The notes under the pieces: model-generated | The model's database searches: none | What the model was told of the DNA's origin: nothing | What the model saw: the letters and a program-made list of their open reading frames with translations, nothing else | Assembly: GCA_032718475.1 (NCBI GenBank) | Contig: JAUCBJ010007515.1 | Span: forward strand, 1 to 62,252 | DNA: 62,252 bases | DNA from: Nemertoderma westbladi | Lineage: Eukaryota; Animalia; Xenacoelomorpha | Reading direction: 5' to 3' | Shown: positions 11,609 through 24,100 of the stretch, piece by piece | Position numbering within the stretch: position 1 is the stretch's first letter | Layout of the letters: each line of letters begins with the position of its first letter | Position numbers and translations under genes: made by a program

Positions 11609-11800
11609 ATATCTGATTTCAAAACAAATAATAACATAGATATATTGACTGAATTACTGCAGACAACTCTTGGGGATATATAGGACAGCGAGACAAATGA
11701 CACAGATGGTGAAATAACAAGTGACGAAATTACAAAGGCTGCCAACAAAATGAAGAACAGCACCTGAACAACTGATGGTTTAAGCGCAAACTATTATTAG
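11609..11800 (+). mobile_element. Decayed LINE fragment (start of RT), probable continuation of 4440-4871
   Basis: EITSDEITKAANKMKNST*TTDGLSANYY resembles the IT.EEI..AI..LK..KSPG.DGL motif. Confidence 0.6.
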
Positions 11801-11807
11801 AGATACT

Positions 11808-11965
11808 CTGTGGGGCGAGACACGAATGGCGAGCCATCAGCGAACTGATATAATTATACTATGGCCGTTTTTCAAAAGTCTGTGTGTGTGTGTGTGTGAC
11901 ATGTGTGTGTGTCGGTAGCCATAAATGTCGGAAGCCATAATCTAAATTAATATATTCAGCTAAAG
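11808..11965 (+). mobile_element. Helentron/HINE-like dispersed repeat end
   Basis: GGGGCGAGACACGAATGGCGAGCCATCAGCGAACTGATA followed by (TG)n; also at ~13328-13430 and 17182-17330, with a related inverted copy at ~56700-56798. Family assignment is inference. Confidence 0.55.
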
Positions 11966-13576
11966 AGCACCAATCTGAGCGAATGATACATCGGTTAGCC
12001 AGGTAGCTAGCTACTTGCAGACCAATCATAGGTGGCCTGCAGCAGGCTGGGTTGGTTAAGTAGTAATCTCAATAAATAGGACCCAGCAGGAGAGCGGAGT
12101 GGAACTACTGTGATTGGTTCTTGACTTACATTGGTAAGAACCAGCAGTAAATCTTAGATTAGCTTTTTTCAGTTCACATATTGTTTATAATCATAAACAC
12201 AAAATGATTCAATTATTCAATTTTGCAATGTACCGGATGGGTGCTAGCGAGGTAGGCCTAGCAGGTCGTCAGTCCGTCATCCTACAAGTTGGATCTTGAC
12301 TCTATCATGTGCGTTCATCTATATGATGCAGACCATCCTGAGCCCGTGAACATGAATTGTAAAGGCTATCTCGAGGCTGATTATTTTACACATTTACTTG
12401 ATACTTGCATGAATGCGTCTTTGAGGTAAAATTGCATTATTCTGCAGTTGTTTTGTTATCTGAGAAATTACTGATCAGCAAGCAGGAAATTATAACAGCA
12501 TCATCGTAACCACTCTGCTGACACTTTGCAGAATAAATTCTACCAGACCATAGCTGCGTGTTGGGAGGACGCCGACCAGTTTGCGGTTCTTCAGTCTGCC
12601 ACTAGGAGGCGAAATGTCTGAAAGTGAAAATCTTATCCTATTTTGTTATTAATAATGATTTTTAGCTGATACTTAGGTCCTTTACACAATATGTTTATAA
12701 TGTTTTTTTTGCTGATACCAAGCAGAGTATACTACACCGTAAGGGTGTGTATTTGGGCTTGGGGAGACGATGACCAATCTACAGTTCCCCAGTCTGCCGC
12801 TATTAGGGGATGAAATGTCTGAATGAGGAAACCTACAATTTTGTTGTTTATGAATGCTTTTTTGCTGATACTTGGCACTTGGCAGGCAGTCTGCCACTAG
12901 GGGGCGAAATGTCTGAAATTACAACCTTCCATTTTAATACGATAGAGTTGCTGCAGTGACCTACTGCACTATAGGTTATGTTTGCGAGGACGCTAACCAC
13001 TACTCTGCAGTTATACAGTTTTCCAGTTACACACGCAGTTATACATGTAAAGTTTTGTTAAGTTAATTAATTAATTTATTTATGTTTGATATTGTCCATT
13101 GATTGATTGACTGTATAGAAGCTTGTGAACTAGAAGGTTTCTAGTGTTATATATAAATATGCATTGTCTGTCTGTGAGTCTATGAGTCTGTGAGTCTGTC
13201 CAAGCTATACACTCCGACACACGAGCACCAATCTGAGCAAATGATCGAAAGCTCTCTTCCCGAGCACATAAACTATCGCTATCTCGAGGCTAATTTTACT
13301 TGTTTGTTTGCGTGAATGCGTATTTTGTGTGGGGCGAGACACGAATGGCGAGCCATCAGCGAACTGATATACTGTAATTATACTATGGCCGTTTTTCAAA
13401 AGTCTCTGTGTGTGTATGTGTGTGTGTGACAACAAGGCATGAACAAGGGCAGCCGTGCCCAATAATATTTCTTGAAGTTGTACATTACTAAAATGGCAGC
13501 TAAAGCTAAAGTCATTGACCAAGCCAGTGCCTAGGCTAGCACACAAGGACATGGCCTAACCTGTAGTAGTCTAGTA

Positions 13577-13783
13577 GAAGGAATAGTGCTCCTTCAATAC
13601 ATCTCAACAGACATCAATTCATTTGCCTCTGCCTACCATAACATAACATATATGCTTGATTTCCAATCACCTCTCACCACAATTATTATTAGTAATTAAA
13701 AGTTTCAATTCGATTTGTCTTTCCGTTATATGGTTATTCAGTTATTGCATTATTAATAAACAAATGTTTTAAAATATATCTTA
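13577..13783 (+). repeat. Dispersed repeat, diverged copy of 16995-17182 / 17768-17986
   Basis: Shared GAAGGAATAGTGCTCCTTCAATACATCTC... block. Confidence 0.8.
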
Positions 13784-15393
13784 GGCCAGTATTGGTTGAC
13801 AAAAGGAGATACGCAATGCGTATCCCATTGCGCCTCATAATAGCCTCTCGTCAACAAGTCAACCCCACCGACTAGCGGCACTGGCTGTTTCAGCTGACGG
13901 GGCTCTGTCGAAAAACGCGTCCCTGATGCAGTAAGGGCCCTCTTTTGAGGAGCAATATTATTATTGCCGCGGAACTGCTTCTACTCTAGGCCAGACCTAG
14001 CCAGAAGTAGAATCCTCACCAACCATCAACACGAATAGATAAATCTGACACTTGCCCCAACACCCCCCCCCCCCCCCCCCCCCCCGCCCCAATGAGGCAG
14101 AGGCAGACCAACAACACACCTCTTCACCTCTACCGATGTCGGAGAGTAAAATACCACGCATTATAGAATACAGGATAAGTTTGATCCAAGCAATGCAACG
14201 AAACCTGTAAGTTAGAAAATGCATGGTCCCAATATTTGCAAAATAATTACAAAGTCCTACATTTATTTTGCATGAGATACTAACAACCCGTCACTAACCA
14301 CAACAAACGTACTGTATAGTACAGTAGCCTGTCGTATTCGCCCAAATACGGCAGTATAACTCTGGGTTCAGAGAACGTGTACATATTGACAGGCGGCAAT
14401 CCCCGGATACAGTACCATGCATGTGTTTGATATAAATATTAGATTTCTACTTCCATACAATTCTCATTGATTCCGCAGGTCAATGTTATAATTAAAACAG
14501 TCAATTTGATATATTCTTCCGATTCCATAGGCGGCTTACACACCAACTCCCACCCTACAGCCCTATTTATCCCAATCCATCAATTTTTGTCACAGGTGTG
14601 GTCTGAGGATACTACATTATACAAAATGAGTTTTCCATCCTGATAACTCTGTTTAATTTGACAATGTTTATAATGATAACTTCACCTCGATTCATATACC
14701 ATAAGCATCAAACAGTCTTGCAATGTAATAAATCTGCCCAATAACTCATTGAACCGGAAGGACGCCCCAGGCTGACAACATAAATCAAAGCTAAAGTAAA
14801 CATTATCTCTCCTTCATGTACTTATGTCTTCAATAATATACTACCCAGAGACAGTCAGTCCCAGGCTATACAAAATTAGTTACCTCGGAGCCAGCAGCTG
14901 CTACAGAGTATTACATAACCCAAATCCATTTACTATAACATTGCCTTTCTTTCCATTTCTTTGTCACATTTTCTCAGTTACCCCCCCCCCCCCCCCCCCA
15001 CACCCCACCCCACCCCTAAGCAGTCTCATCAAACCACCTGAATTATTGCAGGAGTTAAAAGTATCACATTGTCCTAATCCAAATCAACTTGAGATACAAA
15101 GAGCAACGTTTATTTATTTATTTTTCAGATACATCGCCAACACTTTCTTCTTTTTGTTCATATTAAGTATACCGTAAAAACTCTTAACCCAGTGGCTCCC
15201 TACTGTAAGAAATGTACATACGCCAAATGTCAATATGTGCGCCGCGTCGTCGGATTCCGAGTGGCCCACACCCGCTTAGGTGTGCCCACTGCGGATCTTC
15301 CGTAGTAAACCAATTTGGTCAGGTCAAATCCAAACATTCACTGGAGATCACCAAATGGGGCGCTATGTGAAATACCGTGCAGACACGATGATG

Positions 15394-16698
15394 AAATATA
15401 TCTTACGAAATATGGTTAATAATTAAAACGTGTCGCTAACATTCTCGCTGTGGGGGTTTTAAGGGGTGCTGATTACATTTCTGATGTCAGTTTTCACGTT
15501 TACATAAATCTAGTCTGTCTGTCTGTCGGTCATTCTGTTAGTCAGTCTGTCAAAACATAAAAAACAATTCAAATTAACTAACATTCTCGCTATGGGGGTT
15601 TTAAGGGGTGCTGATTTCATTTCTGATGTCAGTTTTCAGGTTTACATTAATCTAGTTTGTCGGACTGTCGGTCTTTCTGTCAGTCAGTCAGTCTGTCAAA
15701 ACTTTAAAAAGAATACAAACTAACTAACATTCTCGTTATGGGGGTTTTAATGGGTGCTGATTTCATTTCAGATGTCAGTTTTCACGTTTAATAAATCTAG
15801 TCTGTCTGGCTGTTGGTCTGTCGGTCTTTCTGTCAGTCAGTCTGTCAAAACTTAAGAAAGTATACTAACTAACCAACATTCCCGCTATGGGGGTGTTAAG
15901 GGTTGCTGATTTCATTTCTGATGTCAGTTTACACGTTTACATAAATCTAGTCTGTCTGTCTGTCGGTCTTACTGTCAGTCTGTACTACTGTACTGTGGTT
16001 GGCATTACGCCATATACCTAACACTAATACTACAGTCTACAATACAGCCTATCTACAGTACAGAATGGATTTTTTTCCATGAAGAGCACTAAATGTCTTT
16101 AATACTATCCACCAGTATACCTAGACCAAGAGCCTTCCAATGAAACATGTATTGCAGCATATTGCAGCATGACGTCCACTGCATGTCTTAGTGTTGTCCA
16201 TGGTGACATGCACTGGACGTCATAGGCTCTAAGGGGTTAAGCAACACGGTCCCTACTTCTCCCTGTCGACACCCCAGCCATTTTTCACCAATCATTTTTT
16301 AGAGTTTTTAAATTTTTTTGTTATTGGTGAAAGTTCTAGAACATTAGTAGATATGTTCTTTATGATAGCTACCGGTAGTGTTTTTTGCTAGCTAGTATTT
16401 TTAGAAATTATAAAAAATGTGAAAGTCCATGATATTTCAGGTTAAACTGTTGAAGAATATATTAATGACCAAAATAATTTCCAAAAATTACTAGCTAGTA
16501 AAAAATACTAGCTATATACCATAAAAAATCTACTAAGGTTCTAGAACATTCACTAATATAAAAAAGCAATCAAAATCACAAAAAAATAAAAGTTAAAAAA
16601 CTCATTCGGGACACTTTTGCTTAAGGAGTCAAAATTGTAGAAAAAATTACCGAAGTTTGCGAAATTCGCAACGTTTGCGAAATTCGCGAAGAATCCGC
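15394..16698 (+). repeat. ~1.3-kb duplicated block, copy 1; contains four ~145-bp (GTCT)n-bearing tandem units and a piggyBac-like end
   Basis: Colinear with 17976-19248. Confidence 0.9.
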
Positions 16699-16745
16699 TG
16701 GCCAGCAAAGGCAAACGTATCAGTTATCCCACAAAAGCTTTTACA

Positions 16746-17955
16746 GCATTTTTATCAATTAATTCACACGCAGGCTCTAACCGCCTAATGACAGTCAATA
16801 CGGAGTAATTCCTTCCCGTGTCTTAGCAACGCTGAGAATGTCCTGGCCTGTTAGAGGCAGACTGCTGCTGGTTGGGGATGGTAGGATAGCATTAATTCCC
16901 TAAACATTCACTCACTCTCCATAGAACTGGCTGACGGGGGTGTGTGTGTGTGTTTAGGTATCAGTTATTCAATGACATTAATATTATTACTAATGAAGGA
17001 ATAGTGCTCCTTCAATACATCTCAACAGACATCAATTCATTGCCTGTGCCTACCAACGCGTGCTCCATAACATAACAACATATATCCTTGATTTCCATCA
17101 CCTCTCACCACAATTATTATTAGTAATTAAAAGTTTCAATTCGGTTTGTCGTTCCGTTATCTGGTTATTCAGTTATTGCATTGGGGCGAGACACGTATGG
17201 CGAGCCATCAGCGAACTGATATAATTATACTATGGCCGTTTCTCAAAAGTCTGTGTGTGACGTGTGTGTGTGTGTGTCGGTAGCCATAAATGTCGGAAGC
17301 CATAATCGAAGTTAATATCTTCAGTTAAATTGTATGGTTGAATCGAATTATTTCGATTCTTCTATCGGTAATTAATTATTTAGGGGGGTAACATTTATCC
17401 CATCTGGTATAAAATTAACATGGGTAGATTCGCCGTGTCCCATTCTATCAAAGTCTTTACTTTATACTCGAGATTAATGTCAAGTTTTATAGTTATTTAT
17501 TGATTTACAATTAAAATTGCATTTTTATCAATTAATTCACACGCAGGCTCTAACCGCCTAATGACAGTCAATACGGAGTAATTCCTTCCCGTGTCTTAGC
17601 AACGCTGAGAATGTCCTGGCCTGTTAGAGGCAGACTGCTGCTGGTTGGGGATGGTAGGATAGCATTAATTCCCTAAACATTCACTCACTCTCCATAGAAC
17701 TGGCTGACGGGGGTGTGTGTGTGTGTTTAGGTATCAGTTATTCAATGACATTAATATTATTACTAATGAAGGAATAGTGCTCCTTCAATACATCTCAACA
17801 GACATCAATTCATTGCCTGTGCCTACCAACGCGTGCTCCATAACATAACAACATATATCCTTGATTTCCATCACCTCTCACCACAATTATTATTAGTAAT
17901 TAAAAGTTTCAATTCGGTTTGTCGTTCCGTTATCTGGTTATTCAGTTATTGCATT
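16746..17955 (+). repeat. 437-bp direct duplication (16746-17182 and 17519-17955)
   Basis: Near-identical by eye; a diverged inverted partial copy lies at ~56140-56260. Confidence 0.9.
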
Positions 17956-17975
17956 ATTAATAAATAAATGTTTTA

Positions 17976-19248
17976 AAATATATCTTACGAAATATGGTTA
18001 ATAATTAAAACTTGTCGCTAACATTCTCACTATGGGGGTTTTAAGGAGTGCTGATTACATTTCTGATGTCAGTTTTCACGTTTACATAAATCTAGTCTGT
18101 CTGTCTGTCGGTCTTTCTGTCAGTCAGTCTGTCAAAACATAAAAGAGAATTCAAATTAACTAACATTCTCGCTATTGGGGTTTTAAGGGGTGCTGATTTC
18201 ATTTCTGATGTCAGTTTTCAGGTTTACATAAATATAGTCTGTCTGTATGTCGGTCTTTCTGTCAGTCAGTCAGTCTGTCAAAACTTAAAAAATAATACAA
18301 ACTAACTAACATTCTCGTTATGGGGGTTTTAATGGGTGCTAATTTTATTTCAGATGTCAGTTTTCACGTTTAAAAAAATCTAGTCTGTCTGGCTGTCGGT
18401 CTTTCTGTCAGTCAGTCTGTGAAAACTTAAGAAAGTATACTAACTAACCAACATTCTCGCTATGGTGGTTTTAAGGGTTGCTGATTTCATTTTTGATGTC
18501 AGTTTACACGTTTACATAAATCTAGTCTGTCTGTCTGTCGGTCTTACTGCCAGTCTGTACTACTGTACTGTGGTTGGCATTACGCCATATACCTAACACT
18601 AATAATACAGTCTACAATGCAGCCTATCTACAGTACAGAATGGATTTTTTGCCACGAAGAGCAATAAATGTCATTAATACTATCCACCAGTATACCTACT
18701 CCAAGAGCCTTCCAATAAAACATGTATTCCAGCATGACGTCCACTGCACGTCTTCGTGCTGTCCATTGTGACGTGCAGTGGACGTCATAGGCTCTAAGGG
18801 GTTAAGCAACACGGTCCCTACTTCGCCCTGTCGACACCCCAGCCATTTTTCACCAATCCTTTTTTAGAGTTTTTTAATTTTTTTGGTATAGGTGAAAGTT
18901 CTACAACATTAGTAGATATGTTTTTTATGATAGCTAGTGTTTTTTTGCTCGCTAGTATTTTTTGAAATTATAAAAAATGTGAAAGTCCATGATATTTCAG
19001 GTTAAACTGTTGAAGAATATATTAATGACCAAAATAATTTCCAAAAATTACTAGCTAGTAAAAAATACTAGCTATATACCATTAAAAATCTACTAAGGTT
19101 CTAGAATATTCACTAGTATAAAAAAAGCACTCAAAATCACAAAAAATAAAGGTTAAAAAACTCATTCGGGACCCTTTTGCTTAAGGAGTCAAAATTGTAG
19201 AACAAATTCCCGAAGTTTGCGACGTTTGCGAAATTCGCGAAGAATCCG
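17976..19248 (+). repeat. ~1.3-kb duplicated block, copy 2
   Basis: Colinear with 15394-16698, with scattered substitutions and small indels. Confidence 0.9.
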
Positions 19249-21164
19249 TCAGTTTCTGTGCCCTAATGGTTTCGTGACGAAACAATCAAATCTTACACAC
19301 TTAACACACGCGAACTAATTTAATGTGTGTATTAGTATGCATGAATCATTAAATAGAAATTAAATTAATGAACGCTATTTCAACATGAAATCTACGGAAT
19401 CAATACACAACACACCCACACTACTGAATTCAAAAATTTATATAGATTGCAACTTATATTTGGCTACCCTTTAGGCCTAAATGGGTGACTAATTTAATTA
19501 TTCACCCCTATATATTTGTAGCCTTTTTAATTTGTGCCTCTAATTGAATCAAACATTAAACTAAAATATATGTCACAATATTGGTCTGTCGGTAGCTGGT
19601 CAATGAATCTCTCATAAATTTGTTAATTAGTCGCTGCTCAGTCATTGAACATTTGAACACGTGCTGCTCGAAGACCCCACAACGTGTAATGGATTTCTAC
19701 ACAGGCTTAGTATAAATCGATGAGGTTGCCAAGATTATTGTACTTAGTACACCCATACTGTTTGCTTAGACCCTACTTCCTAAACTCCACTCCCTTACAA
19801 TCTTGAAATTTTTCATAGGGTAGCATTAGTGTGTGTTATACAGCTGATAGCCTCCTCAGTCAAGGTATGGGCGAATGTGAATTTATTACTAATTCCAGGT
19901 GAATGAATATTAGTAATAATGTAGGCCTTCAACTGTAGTACTACAATAATTAGTGTAATTAGAATCATGAGAGGGTAACTTAGGTATTTTGGTTTCAGCT
20001 GATGGTATCTGTCTGTGTTGTTTAGTAATGGTGAAGATTTACATCCCGCGTGCTTGCACGCCACAAGTTGAATGTATTTATCAATCAACATCAATGAATT
20101 TTAGTTGTCTCCATTTAGTATCAACTGTTACATACAGTATAACCTGAGGCCAACGTTAAAACTAGCGAAGCAGAGAAAATGCCTCGAATTTCTAATATTG
20201 ATAATGAAAATCCACTCAAAGAAGCAGTCCTAGAAATAAAACGGGAGTTGCAACAGTAATGGTGTTTCTGTAAGTTGCCACTAGAGGGCATACTCCAAAC
20301 TATCCATCACCATCAACCTGGAAAAATGGAGATATTACGCAAATAATTAGCAATTTAGACTCGCCTGAACAACATACTAAAAGTCTCCAGGAATGAGGTG
20401 TGGTAAGCCTGTTTATTTTGCGGCGTGTTGCGCTACTATCTGAAGTTAAGTGGAACTTAAATTCCACTGGTGTTCATTAAAATTACAATTCAAACTGTTA
20501 TTATACAGTATACATTACGCACAAACTGTAGAATTAAAGTACAGCCTATTGTTAAACTTATATTTCGAAAAAGGTTTGAGTTGCAGCGAGTCTTTGATTA
20601 AATTTCACAGGACTGTTTTTTAAGACAGAAATAACTTCTTATAACGCCAGCCAGAACCAAATACAGTAGGCCTAGTAGTACCGGTAAGTATTATACACGA
20701 ACCTTCAAAGTATAATCTTGTTTGGTATTACATTTGAAAAAATGAATCTGAGATAGATGACATATTAAAATCGCCGTCGAATAATAAACATACGACCACC
20801 TTTACGACTCGCCTTCTGGAGGGCGGAGTTGAGAGGAATCCATAATGAAAGGCAGCCGAACAACATAAATGGGCACCTCAGACTGCGTCGAGAATTACTG
20901 CGGTTTCCTTCAAGTCAGAACTAACGATAGCCAGTTAGCCACAGCAAAAGTTACAGAGGGTACCTAATTATAATAAAAATAAATAATATTATATTCCGTT
21001 GGACATTGTGATTGACACATTGAGCCAAGGTTAGTTACCATTAAAACATATTGAATGCGCTGTTTAGTTGAATGACAACGCAACGCACATAAATAAATAA
21101 ATACGAACGACGAGATCTAAGAAAACTTTAGATCCTGCGGACCTTTTAGACATTGCGGGACTAT

Positions 21165-24100
21165 GGGATTAGGGTTTGTTGGTCAGACACAAACTCTTAA
21201 GATTTTGGGTTAGGGTTTGTTGGTCAGACACAAACTCTTAAGATTTTGGGTTAGGGTTTGTTGGTCAGACGCAAACTCTAAGATTTTGGGTTCGGGTTTG
21301 TTGGTCAGACACAAACTCTTAAGATTTTGGGTTCGGGTTTGTTGGTCAGACACAAACTCTTAAGATTTTGGGTTAGGGTTTGTTGGTCAGACACAAACTC
21401 TTAAGATTTTGGGTTAGGGTTTGTTGGTCAGACGGAAACTCTTAAGATTTTGGGTTAGGGTTTGTTGGTCAGACACAAACTCTTAAGATTTTGGGTTAGG
21501 GTTTGTTGGTCAGACGGAAACTCTTAAGATTTTGGGTTAGGGTTTGTTGGTCAGACGGAAACTCTTAAGATTTTGGGTTAGGGTTTGCTGGTCAGACACA
21601 AACTCTTAAGATTTTGGGTTAGGGTTTGTAGGTCAGACGGAAACTCTTAAGATTTTGGGTTAGGGTTTGTTGGTCAGACACAAACTCTTAAGATTTTGGG
21701 TTAGGGTTTGTTGGTCAGACGGAAACTCTTAAGATTTTGGGTTAGGGTTTGTTGGTCAGACACAAACTCTTAAGATTTTGGGTTAGGGTTTGTTGGTCAG
21801 ACGGAAACTCTTAAGATTTTGGGTTAGGGTTTGTTGGTCAGACGGAAACTCTTAAGATTTTGGGTTAGGGTTTGTTGGTCAGACGGAAACTCTTAAGATT
21901 TTGGGTTAGGGTTTGCTGGTCAGACACAAACTCTTAAGATTTTGGGTTAGGGTTTGTTGGTCAGACACAAACTCTTAAGATTTTGGGTTAGGGTTTGTTG
22001 GTCAGACGGAAACTCTTAAGATTTTGGGTTAGGGTTTGTTGGTCAGACACAAACTCTTAAGATTTTGGGTTAGGGTTTGTAGGTCAGACGGAAACTCTTA
22101 AGATTTTGGGTTAGGGTTTGTTGGTCAGACACAAACTCTTAAGATTTTGGGTTAGGGTTTGTTGGTCAGACGGAAACTCTTAAGATTTTGGGTTAGGGTT
22201 TGTTGGTCAGACACAAACTCTTAAGATTTTGGGTTAGGGTTTGTTGGTCAGACGGAAACTCTTAAGATTTTGGGTTAGGGTTTGTTGGTCAGACACAAAC
22301 TCTTAAGATTTTGGGTTAGGGTTTGTTGGTCAGACACAAACTCTTAAGATTTTGGGTTAGGGTTTGTTGGTCAGACGGAAACTCTTAAGATTTTGGGTTA
22401 GGGTTTGTTGGTCAGACACAAACTCTTAAGATTTTGGGTTAGGGTTTGTTGGTCAGACACAAACTCTTAAGATTTTGGGTTAGGGTTTGTTGGTCAGACG
22501 GAAACTCTTAAGATTTTGGGTTAGGGTTTGTTGGTCAGACACAAACTCTTAAGATTTTGGGTTAGGGTTTGTTGGTCAGACGGAAACTCTTAAGATTTTG
22601 GGTTAGGGTTTGTTGGTCAGACACAAACTCTTAAGATTTTGGGTTAGGGTTTGTTGGTCAGACACAAACTCTTAAGATTTTGGGTTCGGGTTTGTTGGTC
22701 AGACACAAACTCTTAAGATTTTGGGTTAGGGTTTGTTGGTCAGACACAAACTCTTAAGATTTTGGGTTCGGGTTTGTTGGTCAGACGGGAACTCTTAAGA
22801 TTTTGGGTTAGGGTTTGTTTGGTCAGACACAAACTCTTAAGATTTTGGGTTAGGGTTTGTTGGTCAGACGGAAACTCTTAAGATTTTGGGTTAGGGTTTG
22901 TTGGTCAGACACAAACTCTTAAGATTTTGGGTTAGGGTTTGTTGGTCAGACGGAAACTCTTAAGATTTTGGGTTAGGGTTTGTTGGTCAGACACAAACTC
23001 TTAAGATTTTGGGTTCGGGTTTGTTGGTCAGACGGAAACTCTTAAGATTTTGGATTAGGGTTTGTTGGTCAGACACAAACTCTTAAGATTTTGGGTTAGG
23101 GTTTGTTGGTCAGACGGAAACTCTTAAGATTTTGGGTTCGGGTTTGTTGGTCAGACACAAACTCTTAAGATTTTGGGTTCGGGTTTGTTGGTCAGACACA
23201 AACTCTTAAGATTTTGGGTTCGGGTTTGTTGGTCAGACGCAAACTCTTAAGATTTTGGGTTCGGGTTTGTTGGTCAGACACAAACTCTTAAGATTTTGGG
23301 TTCGGGTTTGTTGGTCAGACACAAACTCTTAAGATTTTGGGTTAGGGTTTGTTGGTCAGACGGAAACTCTTAAGATTTTGGGTTCGGGTTTGTTGGTCAG
23401 ACGGAAACTTTAAGATTTTGGGTTAGGGTTTGTTGGTCAGACACAAACTCTTAAGATTTTGGGTTAGGGTTTGTAGGTCAGACGGAAACTCTTAAGATTT
23501 TGGGTTAGGGTATTGTTGGTCAGACACAAACTCTTAAGATTTTGGGTTAGGGTTTGTTGGTCAGACGGAAACTTTAAGATTTTGGGTTAGGGTTTGTTGG
23601 TCAGACACAAACTCTTAAGATTTTGGGTTCGGGTTTGTTGGTCAGACGGGAACTCTTAAGATTTTGGGTTAGGGTTTGTTGGTCAGACGGAAACTCTTAA
23701 GATTTTGGGTTAGGGTTTGTTGGTCAGACACAAACTCTTAAGATTTTGGGTTAGGGTTTGTTGGTCAGACGGAAACTCTTAAGATTTTGGGTTAGGGTTT
23801 GTTGGTCAGACGGAAACTCTTAAGATTTTGGGTTAGGGTTTGTTGGTCAGACGGAAACTCTTAAGATTTTGGGTTCGGGTTTGTTGGTCAGACACAAACT
23901 CTTAAGATTTTGGGTTCGGGTTTGTTGGTCAGACACAAACTCTTAAGATTTTGGGTTAGGGTTTGTTGGTCAGACGGAAACTCTTAAGATTTTGGGTTAG
24001 GGTTTGTTGGTCAGACGGAAACTCTTAAGATTTTGGGTTCGGGTTTGTTGGTCAGACACAAACTCTTAAGATTTTGGGTTCGGGTTTGTTGGTCAGACAC

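Noticed and set aside
19813-20094. Penelope-like RT fragment (LLNNTDRYHQL)
   Set aside because: A single weak motif with no downstream RT motifs.
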